A DNA stretch of 64,000 nt from Meyerozyma guilliermondii. Lineage: Eukaryota. Numbering within the stretch: position 1 is the stretch's first letter; the number at the start of each line of letters is the position of its first letter. Of the stretch, positions 30,101 through 40,926 are shown one piece after another. The stretch is taken from contig CP128817.1 of NCBI GenBank assembly GCA_051546255.1, forward strand, positions 1,116,001-1,180,000. Reading direction: 5' to 3'. Both the position numbers and the translations under genes were made by a program. Under the pieces are notes generated by a model. It worked only from the letters and a program-made list of their open reading frames with translations. It was not told the origin of the DNA and did no database searches.

Positions 30101-32002
30101 ATGTCCCAAATCCTATTTTTGGCAGCCAAAGAAATCATTAAGCGTGCCGTAAGTACCGACCCCGACGACGAAGATGGATCCCCAGATTTAACCACTCCTG
30201 ATGACCACTTGGACGACTCAGATCCAGTTGCTGACGAGATATTCTCCTCGTGGGCATTGTTCATCTTGCTATTTCTCTTGAGTTCAGCATTGTGGTCATC
30301 GTATTTCTTACAACAGCGCCGTATCAAGGCGGTCCATGAAACAGTACTATCGATCTTTTATGGAATGATAGTAGGATTAATGATCCGTATAAGTCCCGGA
30401 CACTACATTCAGGATGCTGTCAAGTTTAAATCTTCGTATTTTTTCAACATTTTATTACCCCCAATCATCTTAAATTCAGGATATGAATTACACCAGGCCA
30501 ATTTCTTTCGAAACTTGGGTTCGATCTTGACGTTTGCTATACCTGGAACGTTTATTTCGTCGTTGGTATTGGGGCTAATCCTCTTTATATGGACGGCTTT
30601 AGGGTTGGATGGTGTTAAATTGGAATTTGTTGACGCTTTGGCGGTGGGTGCAACTTTATCGGCCACTGATCCAGTCACTATTTTGTCTATTTTCAACGCT
30701 TATAAAGTCGACCCTAAGTTGTATACCATTATCTTTGGAGAATCACTCTTGAATGATGCCATTTCCATCGTCATGTTCGAAACCTGTCAAAAGTTTCATG
30801 GCCACCAATTGAAATTTTCTAGTTTTTTCGAAGGTATTGGTTTATTCTTGATGACATTTACCATCTCCACCATCATCGGAATACTAATTGGCATTTTCGT
30901 GGCGTTGATATTAAAACATTCTCATATTCGAAGGTACCCACAAATCGAAACCAGTTTGGTGCTTCTCTTCGCATACGAGGCATACTTTTTCTCCAATGGT
31001 GCCCACATGTCTGGAATCGTCTCATTATTGTTTTGCGGCATAACTTTGAAGCACTATGCCTACTACAATATGTCTAGACGAACACAAATTGCAACGAAAT
31101 ACATCTTTCAGTTATTGGCTCAACTTTCGGAAAATTTCATCTTCATTTACCTTGGATTGTCCTTATTCACCGAAGTTGAATTGGTTTTCAAACCATTGTT
31201 GATTATCGTCACCTTTATCCTGATCTGTGTTGCCAGATGGCTGGCAGTGTTCCCATTATCACGGTTCTTGAACTTTATGTATAGGGCAAGGTTCAAGGAA
31301 TTCACCTCGCGTTCTCTCAGCGCCCCGCTGTTGACCAACCAGTCAATTCCTGATGAAATAAGCCATTCTTACCAAATGATGATCTTTTGGGCTGGCTTGC
31401 GAGGTGCGGTGGGTGTTGCCTTGGCTATGGGTATTCAAGGTGAGGCAAAATGGGCTCTTTTAGCTACTGTGCTAGTAGTTGTTGTGCTTACAGTGATTCT
31501 CTTTGGAGGCACTACTGCTTCCATGCTTGAGATTTTAGGCATCAAGGTTGGTTGTGTCGATGAACATGATTCTGACGACGAATTCGATATCGAAGCACCA
31601 AGGTTACCCATAAGCACCCCTCCTACAAACCATGCATCAGGTGCGTTTGGTAATCGAAGGTTTGGAAACTTTTCAAATTTCAATGGATACGTCGACGAGG
31701 CTAGAGATACCAATTCTGGTGTCAATATGGGTTCATTCAAACCTCAATATCCTCCACAGTCAACCAATAGCTCTTCAGCTGATCTCTTACAAGACGACGA
31801 GGCCCTAAATCCTGATGACAACATTATTCCTGATCCTGCTCCCATGGTCTCTGAAGCCGCTGCAAATAACGGTGGAGTCTTGGGTGCATTCTTGAGTGCT
31901 GAAGAGCATGCCAGATGGTTTACCCGATTAGACGAAGAAATCTTGAAGCCTGTATTGTTAGACAATGGATTACAGAAGGATAAAGATAATGGGCGTTCGT
32001 GA
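30101..32002 (+). CDS. NHX1: Endosomal Na+(K+)/H+ exchanger
   Basis: FFNILLPPII, LSATDPVTILSIF, IFGESLLNDA, WAGLRGAVG. Confidence 0.96.
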   Translation: MSQILFLAAKEIIKRAVSTDPDDEDGSPDLTTPDDHLDDSDPVADEIFSSWALFILLFLLSSALWSSYFLQQRRIKAVHETVLSIFYGMIVGLMIRISPGHYIQDAVKFKSSYFFNILLPPIILNSGYELHQANFFRNLGSILTFAIPGTFISSLVLGLILFIWTALGLDGVKLEFVDALAVGATLSATDPVTILSIFNAYKVDPKLYTIIFGESLLNDAISIVMFETCQKFHGHQLKFSSFFEGIGLFLMTFTISTIIGILIGIFVALILKHSHIRRYPQIETSLVLLFAYEAYFFSNGAHMSGIVSLLFCGITLKHYAYYNMSRRTQIATKYIFQLLAQLSENFIFIYLGLSLFTEVELVFKPLLIIVTFILICVARWLAVFPLSRFLNFMYRARFKEFTSRSLSAPLLTNQSIPDEISHSYQMMIFWAGLRGAVGVALAMGIQGEAKWALLATVLVVVVLTVILFGGTTASMLEILGIKVGCVDEHDSDDEFDIEAPRLPISTPPTNHASGAFGNRRFGNFSNFNGYVDEARDTNSGVNMGSFKPQYPPQSTNSSSADLLQDDEALNPDDNIIPDPAPMVSEAAANNGGVLGAFLSAEEHARWFTRLDEEILKPVLLDNGLQKDKDNGRS

Positions 32003-32067
32003 CAAGTGAAAAGTATGTGTCACATTATTTAAATATACATACCGTATTCTACAATGTTCACCAAAAC

Positions 32068-33945
32068 TTATTTAGTTTTCAGTTGCTGATTTTCAGCAAT
32101 GGCAACATCAACAACAAGTTTGGCCAACTTGAAGGAGCCCGATGTCAACATAAGGTCGTTGAGTTTATGATTATACTTGATGCAAATTTGAAAGTATTCA
32201 CTCAAGAACACATCGTGTAGTTTGGCAATCAAATGCCGGTTAGTTTCCTGTCCTGGGGCAACATACACGCTTCGAGGTATGGACCTAGAGTACTCTGAAC
32301 ATGCACTAATGGGTAACTCCAACAAATTCATCACTTCCGCTACTTGAGTGTTGGTGATGGTGTAGATTTTATCTTGCTCAATTGCATGAATGAGAAGGTT
32401 TGCTAATGCTATTGCGGCATTTCCTAGGTCGACTGGGTTTATTACCCTGCTCTCAGCATCTCTGTGTAGACTCACGCGGAAAGGTATGCCATAAGAAGTT
32501 AACAAGAACTTTTGTCTGTAGTGGTAATATTGTTTTTTGGCAATGTCAATTTTGGAGAGGATTAATTTGCTCAAAGTCTTCTCCTTGTCCTTGACTGTCT
32601 TGTTAATTTGGAGCAAAGAAAGAAGAGACAATAATGGAGTGAATACCTGCAACTGGATGATGGAAAGGGCATATGAGTATGGGCTGGTGGTTGTACTTTT
32701 TGTAGTCTTAGATTCAGAATTGTCATTTTGCTTCATTTCAGGAACTGGGTTCAGGCTGGCAGCAACATGGGTGGTCGTCGAGTTGCCAAATATATCAATG
32801 TTTGATGTTGGATTATTGACAATACCATCGCCTAATTGAACAGGAGGCTCCAAGTCCAGCGGAGACCTATAGGAGATTCTCAGAGCGGCCTCTCTGATCA
32901 ACAAGGAGCACTCCTCGTAGATTAGCTGCCACGAAGAGCCGTTGATTTTGTGTGTTTCGTAAACAGATGCTCTCAACTTGATTCCATCTGGCTCGGTGGT
33001 TGTTGCAATATAAGCCAATTCTTGGAATGCTGTGAGTCGACAAAATTGCGATTCGGGACGAACATCCTGAAGTGCCACCACGAGAGAGCTTATTGGGTCC
33101 ACACAGTATGTGCTTATAGGTTTTGAGCTGTCAAGACATCCTATCGTGGCATAAACTTGGTAAACATGATTGACAAGTTCCCAAAGAAGTATCAAGCCAA
33201 AAGCAATATACACAACACTGGACCAAACATCAAAGGATACTGAGTAGGAAGGAGTACCGGTATCCAAGCCCAAGATCAATGCTGGCAAGTATATCGTTTT
33301 GTAGACGAACAGATGCACGAGAACATAAACTATGGGAGCAGTGAACCCAATAAAAATTGTCAAAATGAAGGAAACTCCAATAAAAAGTGGTATTTTACGG
33401 AACAATACCTCTTGCGGATTCACTTTTAGCACGCCAATTTTATACTTGAGCATGTTGCGTTGAAAAATGTAAAACTGCAACAGGTAGACAATTGAAGTGT
33501 ATACCAAAGAAAACCAGTAAAATACCCAATTATCATTAACCAACGGCCTTTTCTGATACTCCTTAGAGAGCACATAGTAGTTATAAGCAAAGGGAAGTTG
33601 GAATATGTGCATTCCACCAACTAGGAGCGCAGAAGCCAGGTACAAGCATGTGCCGGTAATGAATTCCTTTGAAACCACAGAGTAAACAATCTGATCAGCA
33701 AAGGTTTTCTGGACAGAGTATTTGATAGTAGAGCTTGATTCCCTCAATTTCTTCACCAAAGTGCACGCGACAACCACCACAGGTACCCTATAAAGAAATC
33801 CTATCGAACAACTTTGAATTGATTCGTATGGAATACTAAGGTACCAGGTAATTAGAAGTGATATAAGGCCATGAATGTTATTTGCATACGAAAGGCGCTT
33901 ATTGGTAACCTTTTGAAACGCCTCGTAGTAGCTAATTCCTGCCAT
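32068..33945 (-). CDS. NDC1: Nuclear pore/SPB transmembrane protein Ndc1
   Basis: N-terminal TM segments, WELVNHVY..Y.TIG, RLTAFQELAYIA, ALANLLIHAI.QD. Confidence 0.8.
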   Translation of the reverse strand: MAGISYYEAFQKVTNKRLSYANNIHGLISLLITWYLSIPYESIQSCSIGFLYRVPVVVVACTLVKKLRESSSTIKYSVQKTFADQIVYSVVSKEFITGTCLYLASALLVGGMHIFQLPFAYNYYVLSKEYQKRPLVNDNWVFYWFSLVYTSIVYLLQFYIFQRNMLKYKIGVLKVNPQEVLFRKIPLFIGVSFILTIFIGFTAPIVYVLVHLFVYKTIYLPALILGLDTGTPSYSVSFDVWSSVVYIAFGLILLWELVNHVYQVYATIGCLDSSKPISTYCVDPISSLVVALQDVRPESQFCRLTAFQELAYIATTTEPDGIKLRASVYETHKINGSSWQLIYEECSLLIREAALRISYRSPLDLEPPVQLGDGIVNNPTSNIDIFGNSTTTHVAASLNPVPEMKQNDNSESKTTKSTTTSPYSYALSIIQLQVFTPLLSLLSLLQINKTVKDKEKTLSKLILSKIDIAKKQYYHYRQKFLLTSYGIPFRVSLHRDAESRVINPVDLGNAAIALANLLIHAIEQDKIYTITNTQVAEVMNLLELPISACSEYSRSIPRSVYVAPGQETNRHLIAKLHDVFLSEYFQICIKYNHKLNDLMLTSGSFKLAKLVVDVAIAENQQLKTK

Positions 33946-34196
33946 TGTGGCCGGAGAACTGGGAACAAACTATTGATATTCGCAGTGCTAAATTCGATGC
34001 GACACACACGACCGATGAGATAGAAGGTATTGAGTTTAGATGGACAAGCACTAATAGAGTAGTTAGTGTGGATGTGAAGGCCCACCATACAGCAATAAAG
34101 AGCAAAAGAGCAAAAGATCATGGTAAAAGTTTTCGAATTAGTGTTTGAATGTGTTGTGTACAATATTTTATCTCACCATGCTAGGCTATTTACAGG

Positions 34197-35096
34197 TCAA
34201 GGCTCACCTCCTTGGTTGATCACCATCTTGGCTTGTCTCTTCAATCTTTCGATTTCGCTATCAAGAGTACTCTTGACAGTCAGCAATCCTGGCTGTCCAT
34301 CAATCTCTCCCAAAACTTCATCTGTAATCAAAGCTTCATTAGCTTGGATGCTGGAGAATGCATGCGAATACCCTGAAAGTTTGTTTTCCACAACCATCTG
34401 GTGGCTCTCGAACTTGCTGACATTGACGTCGAAAGCATCCTCAATGGCTCTTTCCAATTCTTCTTCGGTGGTGATGAAATTGGCAGCTGCGTGGTAGAGC
34501 TCGAGAAGTTCCGTGGCCTTTTTTTCCTTGAGTGACAATTCCTGACCTTTGCGGTTCAAAAGACGTTGCTCGGCTTTCAATGCCTCTTCCTCTTCAGTTC
34601 TTGGTCGCATTATAGGGCCCTCCAAATATGAATCTATAGTGGGCAATGTGAGCCTAGTTGCTTCAGACTCTTCATGGACAGTTTGTTGCTTTGCTTCACG
34701 CAAACGTTTCTCTTCTCGCTTGGCCTTCAACTCGTCTATTCTTTTGAGTCTCTCAGCTTCTTTCAAGTATGCTTCACGCAAATGCTCACGACGTATTTCA
34801 TTACGCTTCAACCTCCAAAGCTCATCTGTGGATAATTTCGACTCGTCAATTGGTTCTTTTGGTGCTTGACTATCGATGTTCTGCTTGATCCTTTCCTCAA
34901 CCGTAATAACCGGTCTTTGAATCGGTTCCCTTTCGAATTTGAATCCTTTTTTTGATGGAAGAGGAACACCATCGGCGTATCCTTGATTTGTGGTATCGCT
35001 GGGTGGCTGGGGAATTATAGGGTACCGCCTGAAAACCGGACGCACTTCCGGAAGTATACCGGATTTACCACCGTACTTCAAAGCTCGCTTACCCAT
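34197..35096 (-). CDS. PET123: Mitochondrial small-subunit ribosomal protein mS26
   Basis: MGKRALKYGGKSGILP N-terminus, LYHAAANFITTEEEL...I...F; lies near SME1 as in S. cerevisiae. Confidence 0.85.
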   Translation of the reverse strand: MGKRALKYGGKSGILPEVRPVFRRYPIIPQPPSDTTNQGYADGVPLPSKKGFKFEREPIQRPVITVEERIKQNIDSQAPKEPIDESKLSTDELWRLKRNEIRREHLREAYLKEAERLKRIDELKAKREEKRLREAKQQTVHEESEATRLTLPTIDSYLEGPIMRPRTEEEEALKAEQRLLNRKGQELSLKEKKATELLELYHAAANFITTEEELERAIEDAFDVNVSKFESHQMVVENKLSGYSHAFSSIQANEALITDEVLGEIDGQPGLLTVKSTLDSEIERLKRQAKMVINQGGEP

Positions 35097-35182
35097 GATG
35101 TTTAGAGTCGAGTTTGAACTGAAAAATTCAACTCACTCGTGCGACCCTCAACTTGGTCGCTTACGCAACACTTGACTGTCGC

Positions 35183-36922
35183 TTATGTAACTGCCAGTTC
35201 CGTCAAATCACAGTCTCCCCAAACCTCGTAGATACGTTCCAGGACCACCTTGCCGACCTTTTTGTTTCCAATTTCATTTTTGAAGAGGTTGGAGAGCAAA
35301 AGCTTTTTTTCTTCAGGAGAAACATTCGACTTTTTGTAATATTCAATGAGGTTGCGCGGGCATTGAAAGTGAGTTTGTATGGTGAGTGCTCTCTCCAAAG
35401 ATACTCCTCGTATTGCCATTAGCATGAGCAAGAAAAGCTCTCTTACTGATCGCATTCCGCTCTTAGACATGATCTCCTGAAAAGTTGAAAAGATATGGAC
35501 GCATTCGTAGGGCGAACGCCGGTTCTCGAACTCGGTTCTGAACATAGTTAATAGATTAGCATACTCGCGGTGGGATGATATTTGGTCAGGTTTTAGAACA
35601 ACAAGCTTTGTATTGCTTGCCTCGAAATGATTCTTTATCGCTTCTGTTGTGGTGACGAAAAAGGACAATGTTTCATCTACCGATTTGAATCTTTTCAAGT
35701 AGAAATTGGAGTTAGTCATTGTAGTAGCTATGGCCGTTTTGACTGCATCAGCTCCATCATTGTGCTTGGGGAGGTCGGATATACCTCCTTCCTCGACAAG
35801 ATAATAATAGTGCTTCATGGCGGCCTGTTTAAGCCGGTTCTTTTGTTCTTGAAAACGCCCATCTCTAATCAGAAAGACCAAATCGTCCAACCGTTTCCGC
35901 TCGCAGATGTGGTTTAGAACAACTTCTCGTCCCGTTCGCTTATTCTGAGCAACCCACACGGCATCGCCTACAGACAATGCTCGCGACTCACAGTTGACAG
36001 AGAGACTCTTAAGGCGGTTTTGAAAGAATCCACGATCTTCCCTTGAGCGAACTTCTCGGCTGTCTATTATGAGGATGATTTCAAACTCCTCTTTTTCCCA
36101 GATGTCGTAACGAACACCATCAAGCTGTTTGTTGGCTGTATCATGGTAAGGTTTAAGCAGTCGAGTTGGAGATGAAGGGCAGATTATTCCTGCGGGAGAC
36201 AGGGCATTGCGGCTGTTTTCAGGCGATACTCGTACATCGTTATCAAACGAGAAATCGGCCACATTTTGTGTAGGAGAAGAAGTGAGGTTATCTGCCTGCT
36301 TTAACTTCTTTGCCAATTCTTCTCCTTCTTCGGTGAGACTATACAAGCGAGGAGCTCTTCCAGAAGAGACCACCAAGTCGTTTGACTCAAGGACCTTGAT
36401 TGCAGTCCAGGCAGAATAGAATTCATTATTAGCAGGGTTTGATGAAAACGACTTTTCACAGTACGGAGCGGCGAGATCAATTATCTCCTGTTTCCGCAAC
36501 CCAGCCCGATTTCGGTTCTTGCACCCTATATAGAGCCCAATCAAGATGGCATACCCACCAGATCTTCGTCGAGGTATGTACGCTCTTTTGGCGCGTTTGC
36601 GAGAAGAGGGTCCTTCGTCGCTCTTTTGTAGTTCCACTGAATCGTCACTAGGATGAGGAGCAAAATGTTCGGGCACCAGGTACCCATTCTCTTTACAAAA
36701 CAGTCGGAGTTTATTGGTAAGAAGTGTCACCGTTTTATCCCCCACAAATTGAATCAGACGTAATTGCTTGGGAGTAGTGATATCCAGCGGATAATTTTTC
36801 ACCTTGTCTAAAGCCTTATTATACAATATTGCAGCCTTCGTTCCCTTCTTCGTAGCGACGATCGCTGTCTCCTCGAGCCATCTGACGAAAAGGGGTTTCA
36901 ACTCATCAGAATATGGTTCCAT
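35183..36922 (-). CDS. MUS81: Structure-specific endonuclease Mus81
   Basis: YIPRRRSGGYAIL winged helix, IIDSRE, GDAVW, ERKRLDDL..(S)IRDGRFQEQKNRL ERCC4 domain; likely ATG at 36922. Confidence 0.95.
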   Translation of the reverse strand: MEPYSDELKPLFVRWLEETAIVATKKGTKAAILYNKALDKVKNYPLDITTPKQLRLIQFVGDKTVTLLTNKLRLFCKENGYLVPEHFAPHPSDDSVELQKSDEGPSSRKRAKRAYIPRRRSGGYAILIGLYIGCKNRNRAGLRKQEIIDLAAPYCEKSFSSNPANNEFYSAWTAIKVLESNDLVVSSGRAPRLYSLTEEGEELAKKLKQADNLTSSPTQNVADFSFDNDVRVSPENSRNALSPAGIICPSSPTRLLKPYHDTANKQLDGVRYDIWEKEEFEIILIIDSREVRSREDRGFFQNRLKSLSVNCESRALSVGDAVWVAQNKRTGREVVLNHICERKRLDDLVFLIRDGRFQEQKNRLKQAAMKHYYYLVEEGGISDLPKHNDGADAVKTAIATTMTNSNFYLKRFKSVDETLSFFVTTTEAIKNHFEASNTKLVVLKPDQISSHREYANLLTMFRTEFENRRSPYECVHIFSTFQEIMSKSGMRSVRELFLLMLMAIRGVSLERALTIQTHFQCPRNLIEYYKKSNVSPEEKKLLLSNLFKNEIGNKKVGKVVLERIYEVWGDCDLTELAVT

Positions 36923-37036
36923 AAAGTTGCAAATGATCCACACGTAAACAGCGCGAGGCCGCTCTAAGTTACATGCAGTCATACTCATCGTGCGGGTCGC
37001 GATGAATATTTAGAGGATTAACCTCAAACAAGCACC

Positions 37037-37291
37037 ATGTCCACACACAAACAATCCATGCTCCCGCCCATCAATGTGATATTCAAGTTTCTCCAGCAGC
37101 AGGTTCCTGTCACCATATGGCTCTATGAACAAACACAGCTGAAAATACAGGGCAGAATACGTGGTTTCGATGAGTTCATGAACATTGTAATCGACGATGC
37201 TGTCGAGATACTAAAGGACTCCGAAGTGCCCTTGGGACGTATATTACTCAAGGGAGATAACATAACGTTGATATCGTCCGTAGAGACGTGA
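37037..37291 (+). CDS. SME1: Sm core protein E
   Basis: PPINVIFKFLQ, IWLYE, GFDEFMNIVIDDAVE, LGRILLKGDNITLI. Confidence 0.96.
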   Translation: MSTHKQSMLPPINVIFKFLQQQVPVTIWLYEQTQLKIQGRIRGFDEFMNIVIDDAVEILKDSEVPLGRILLKGDNITLISSVET

Positions 37292-37555
37292 GCTTCGACA
37301 ATTAGAAGTTGATGGTCGATGACTCGATTAAACCACTTTCATAAAAACGTTCATTGTTGAACTACTCTACGTTGAACTCGATGGTAAACTATTCGATACA
37401 GACTACTCCATAGTTTTGAAAACTGTCATGTCGATTCATTTGATTGTTCGATGTCAATTCAGTTGACTGTTCGATGTCTTGGAATATCTCGATATCTTCA
37501 TGACTTTGATATCTTTGATCTATACATCCTTAATCCATACTAATGTACATTATTA

Positions 37556-37987
37556 TCATGGTGAACTGAAAGTCACTCGTTTTTGTGGCAGCGATGCGGG
37601 ACTCGGCGAAGGAGTTTGTCGAGGTGATGTCTTTTGTGGCAGAATAGAGTTTCTGTCACGGCGTTGTTGGATCCTCAATTCGCGTTCTTCCTGTTGCAAC
37701 TGCCGCTTGTATCTCGTAAGCTGCTCTTTGCGCTTCCAATGCAGGCGCTCCTTGACTGAGGCACTCTTGCGCTTAACCGAGGGCTCCGGTTCGATTTCCG
37801 GGTCTAATGGCCGCTTTCTACAGGATTCATGGTCGGAAGTCGTCCCTTCCTCCAGATGGACCAAACCGCTGAACTCGCTGAATTCGCTACACTTGCCCAA
37901 ACTTGCAACGGAACCACTATTTTTGTTCTGTTTTATAGCTGTCTCTTCTGCAACTTCTCGAGCTGGATGACTTTCATTATCCTCCAT
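37556..37987 (-). CDS. Hypothetical small charged protein
   Basis: 143-aa ORF from ATG 37987 filling the SME1-RAD52 gap; basic NLS-like stretches and a terminal KRVTF motif; family not recognised. Confidence 0.55.
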   Translation of the reverse strand: MEDNESHPAREVAEETAIKQNKNSGSVASLGKCSEFSEFSGLVHLEEGTTSDHESCRKRPLDPEIEPEPSVKRKSASVKERLHWKRKEQLTRYKRQLQQEERELRIQQRRDRNSILPQKTSPRQTPSPSPASLPQKRVTFSSP

Positions 37988-38155
37988 GGACCGTAATAGG
38001 ACGAACAATCTCTCTTCTGAAACCTGAACCTTAGCTACTTAAATGCTTAGTCCATTAAATTTAATATCATCAGTCTGTTCTCCTCCTCTTCGCTCGTTAA
38101 TCCCTCCAGGCTTGAACTAGGGTTTGCACCCAAACACCAGATCCTATGAGATCGC

Positions 38156-38161
38156 ACGCGT
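38156..38161. promoter_or_regulatory. MCB box upstream of RAD52
   Basis: ACGCGT about 160 bp upstream of the RAD52 ATG. Confidence 0.45.
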
Positions 38162-38319
38162 ACTTTATTACCAACGAGTCTTACTATTTGGTCCATTAAA
38201 TCCGGGATCGTTGAAAGTTGTATCTTTGAAGCAGATCAAAAAGGTGTTTCGAAACCAATCATTAAAATTCACTTTACTCAAGTCACCTCTCATATCAAAG
38301 AATTTCATCCACATTTGCC

Positions 38320-39591
38320 ATGAATCAGGGCCATAATTATGCGCCTGAACGCCGTTCTGACTCCCGATTACCGTTCGTACCCACTCCATACACACCAGAA
38401 GAACAAAAACGAATTCTGGAAAAGCTAGAAAGAATCTTAGGACCAGAATACGTAAGTTTCCGTCCTGGTGGAAATGGCCAGAAGGTGTCGTATATTGAAG
38501 GATGGAAAGCACTTAACCTCGCAAATGAGATATTTGGGTTTAACGGCTGGTGCACCGAGCTTGTTGGATACCAAGTAGATTATCTCGATACAAGCCCAAA
38601 CGGAAGGATCTCACTTGGAATTTCTGTGGTGGTAAGATTGACACTCAAAGACGGCACATTTCACGAGGATTTTGGTTACGGTTTCATTGATAATGCAAAG
38701 AGTAAATCGATGGCATTTGAAAAGTGCAAGAAGGAAGCATTTACAGACGCGATCAAGAGATGTCTACGTTGCTTTGGTAATGTCCTCGGTAATTGCTTAT
38801 ATGACCGCACCATTCTTCCGAAAATTCAAAAGATGCATCTTCCCCCAATAGACCCCACTCCCAGCCAATTTCACCGCGAGCCTGAACTTGTAAAGCGAGA
38901 GAAAAAAAAGGAAGATGCAGCTCGTAACAACCTGCGTCCCAATGTGGCTCCACAGACTACTAACAGGGCAGAACCAGCACCAGAGCCCACGGCTGAGCTC
39001 AAGCATGAAGTTGACGATTTCGACGATTCGTTCATGTTTTCTGATGACGTGGACCATAATGGAATAGACGAATACGAACTTCAGATGCTTGAGGCACGAG
39101 ATCAGGTAAAAGAGAGCACCGATACCAGCGCAAACGATAACGAAAAACCACAAGAAATCAATGAACACCATACCACTACAGAACCCACAGAACCCGCAGC
39201 CCAAGTGGCCCAGGATATACCTCCATCTGTATTCGTGAGTGCGAGAAAAGTTGACGATATACGGCAATCAAAGAGCGAAGTCACCCTGTACGACACCAAA
39301 TATGTTTCCCCCAGTATACGTCGAACAGTTGATCCTAACAAGTCTGTGCCTATAAAGAGGACCACAGGCTCAGCGGCACCAGCACCACCAGCACCTAAAT
39401 CTCCAGCAGCGACCTCTGCGGCCATGCAACCAGTAGAGCCTAATAGTGGGTACGCCGATCCTCCCATTGGAAAACGACAACTTGGTCGACCTCCGTCCCA
39501 GCGCATACTGAAGAGACTCAAATCCAGTGGCGAGTCCAGCGATCAAGAAAACAAGGTCCCCACCGAATTTCCATCGTCGTTTAGTAACTGA
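38320..39591 (+). CDS. RAD52: Recombination mediator Rad52
   Basis: LGPEYVSFRPGG.GQKVSYIEGWKALNLANEIFGFNGW, KKEAFTDAIKR.LR.FGNVLGNCLYD. Confidence 0.96.
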   Translation: MNQGHNYAPERRSDSRLPFVPTPYTPEEQKRILEKLERILGPEYVSFRPGGNGQKVSYIEGWKALNLANEIFGFNGWCTELVGYQVDYLDTSPNGRISLGISVVVRLTLKDGTFHEDFGYGFIDNAKSKSMAFEKCKKEAFTDAIKRCLRCFGNVLGNCLYDRTILPKIQKMHLPPIDPTPSQFHREPELVKREKKKEDAARNNLRPNVAPQTTNRAEPAPEPTAELKHEVDDFDDSFMFSDDVDHNGIDEYELQMLEARDQVKESTDTSANDNEKPQEINEHHTTTEPTEPAAQVAQDIPPSVFVSARKVDDIRQSKSEVTLYDTKYVSPSIRRTVDPNKSVPIKRTTGSAAPAPPAPKSPAATSAAMQPVEPNSGYADPPIGKRQLGRPPSQRILKRLKSSGESSDQENKVPTEFPSSFSN

Positions 39592-39673
39592 GTAAATAGT
39601 TGCGAAATTTATAATTAGCTGCGGCGCAGCCGCGATCTTCAACTACTTTTCTTTCTAACCGCACAACAGACCC

Positions 39674-40924
39674 ATGTCCGAATCATCGATTCGCAGTCTT
39701 ATCGATTCATTGGGGCCCTACAATGAGGTTCCTGATCAATACGACCCGCTGGAATCATGGAGTGCCCTCAAATCCGCCAAAATCTTGGTTATCGGCGCCG
39801 GCGGGTTGGGGTGTGAGATCTTGAAGAATCTCGCGTTGACTGGTTTTAAACAAATACACATCATAGATATGGACACAATTGACGTTTCCAACTTGAATCG
39901 ACAGTTTTTGTTCCGTGCTTCCGATGTGGGACGTCCTAAGGCTGAAGTTGCAAGTGAATTTGTCAGTGAAAGAATCGATGACCAACTGTTGCAGATCACT
40001 GCCCATTGCTGTAAAATACAAGATATGCCACTAGACTTCTACCGAGGTTTCGACGCTGTCGTGTGTGGACTCGATAGTGTGGAAGCTCGTCGATGGATAA
40101 ATGCTACTTTGGTGTCGTTTTCCTACGAAGAAGACAACACCATTATCCCACTAATAGACGGAGGAACCGAGGGATTTCGTGGACAATCAAGGGTAATTAT
40201 CCCCTCGTTCACCTCGTGCTATGAATGCACTCTAGACATGATTTCACCGAAAACTACTTATCCTGTTTGCACTATAGCCAACACCCCGAGGCTCCCCGAA
40301 CATTGCATAGAATGGGCATCGGTGATGCAATGGCCCAAAGCTCATCCTGGAATCAAGTTTGATAGCGATGACCCCGAACATGTGCTTTGGATGTACAATA
40401 CGGCCAAATTGCGTGCACAGCAGTTCAACATTTCTGGAGTGACTCGCCAGCTAACTTTGGGAGTGGTCAAGAATATCATTCCTGCCATTGCATCAACCAA
40501 CGCAATCATAGCTGCCTCGTGCTGCAATGAAGCGTTCAAACTCATCACCAACTCAAACCCCATTCTAGACAACTATATGATGTATTCCGGTGACGACTCC
40601 ATTTTCACATACACTTACCGGCATTCCAAAAAGGCCAATTGCCCAGTATGTGGTGACTCGTATAAAGTGGTACGGGCCCAAAAATGGTGGTCTTTGTCTG
40701 ACTTCATTGAAGATCTCAAGGAGATGCAAGAAGTGCAAATGAAGAACCCATCGATATCATCAGCATCAAAACCGTTATTTATGGTCAGTCCACCGTCACT
40801 CTACGAAGCCACGAAATCTAACCTATCCAAAAATTTAGACACGCTAGTACATCTGGGAACAGAGTTGGTGGTCACCGACCCAAGTCTACCTATCGCACTA
40901 AAAATTGTCGTTAAATTCATCTAA
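39674..40924 (+). CDS. UBA3: NEDD8/Rub1-activating enzyme catalytic subunit
   Basis: GAGGLGCEILKNL, DTIDVSNLNRQFLF, YPVCTIANTPRLPEHCIEW. Confidence 0.95.
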   Translation: MSESSIRSLIDSLGPYNEVPDQYDPLESWSALKSAKILVIGAGGLGCEILKNLALTGFKQIHIIDMDTIDVSNLNRQFLFRASDVGRPKAEVASEFVSERIDDQLLQITAHCCKIQDMPLDFYRGFDAVVCGLDSVEARRWINATLVSFSYEEDNTIIPLIDGGTEGFRGQSRVIIPSFTSCYECTLDMISPKTTYPVCTIANTPRLPEHCIEWASVMQWPKAHPGIKFDSDDPEHVLWMYNTAKLRAQQFNISGVTRQLTLGVVKNIIPAIASTNAIIAASCCNEAFKLITNSNPILDNYMMYSGDDSIFTYTYRHSKKANCPVCGDSYKVVRAQKWWSLSDFIEDLKEMQEVQMKNPSISSASKPLFMVSPPSLYEATKSNLSKNLDTLVHLGTELVVTDPSLPIALKIVVKFI

Positions 40925-40926
40925 TA

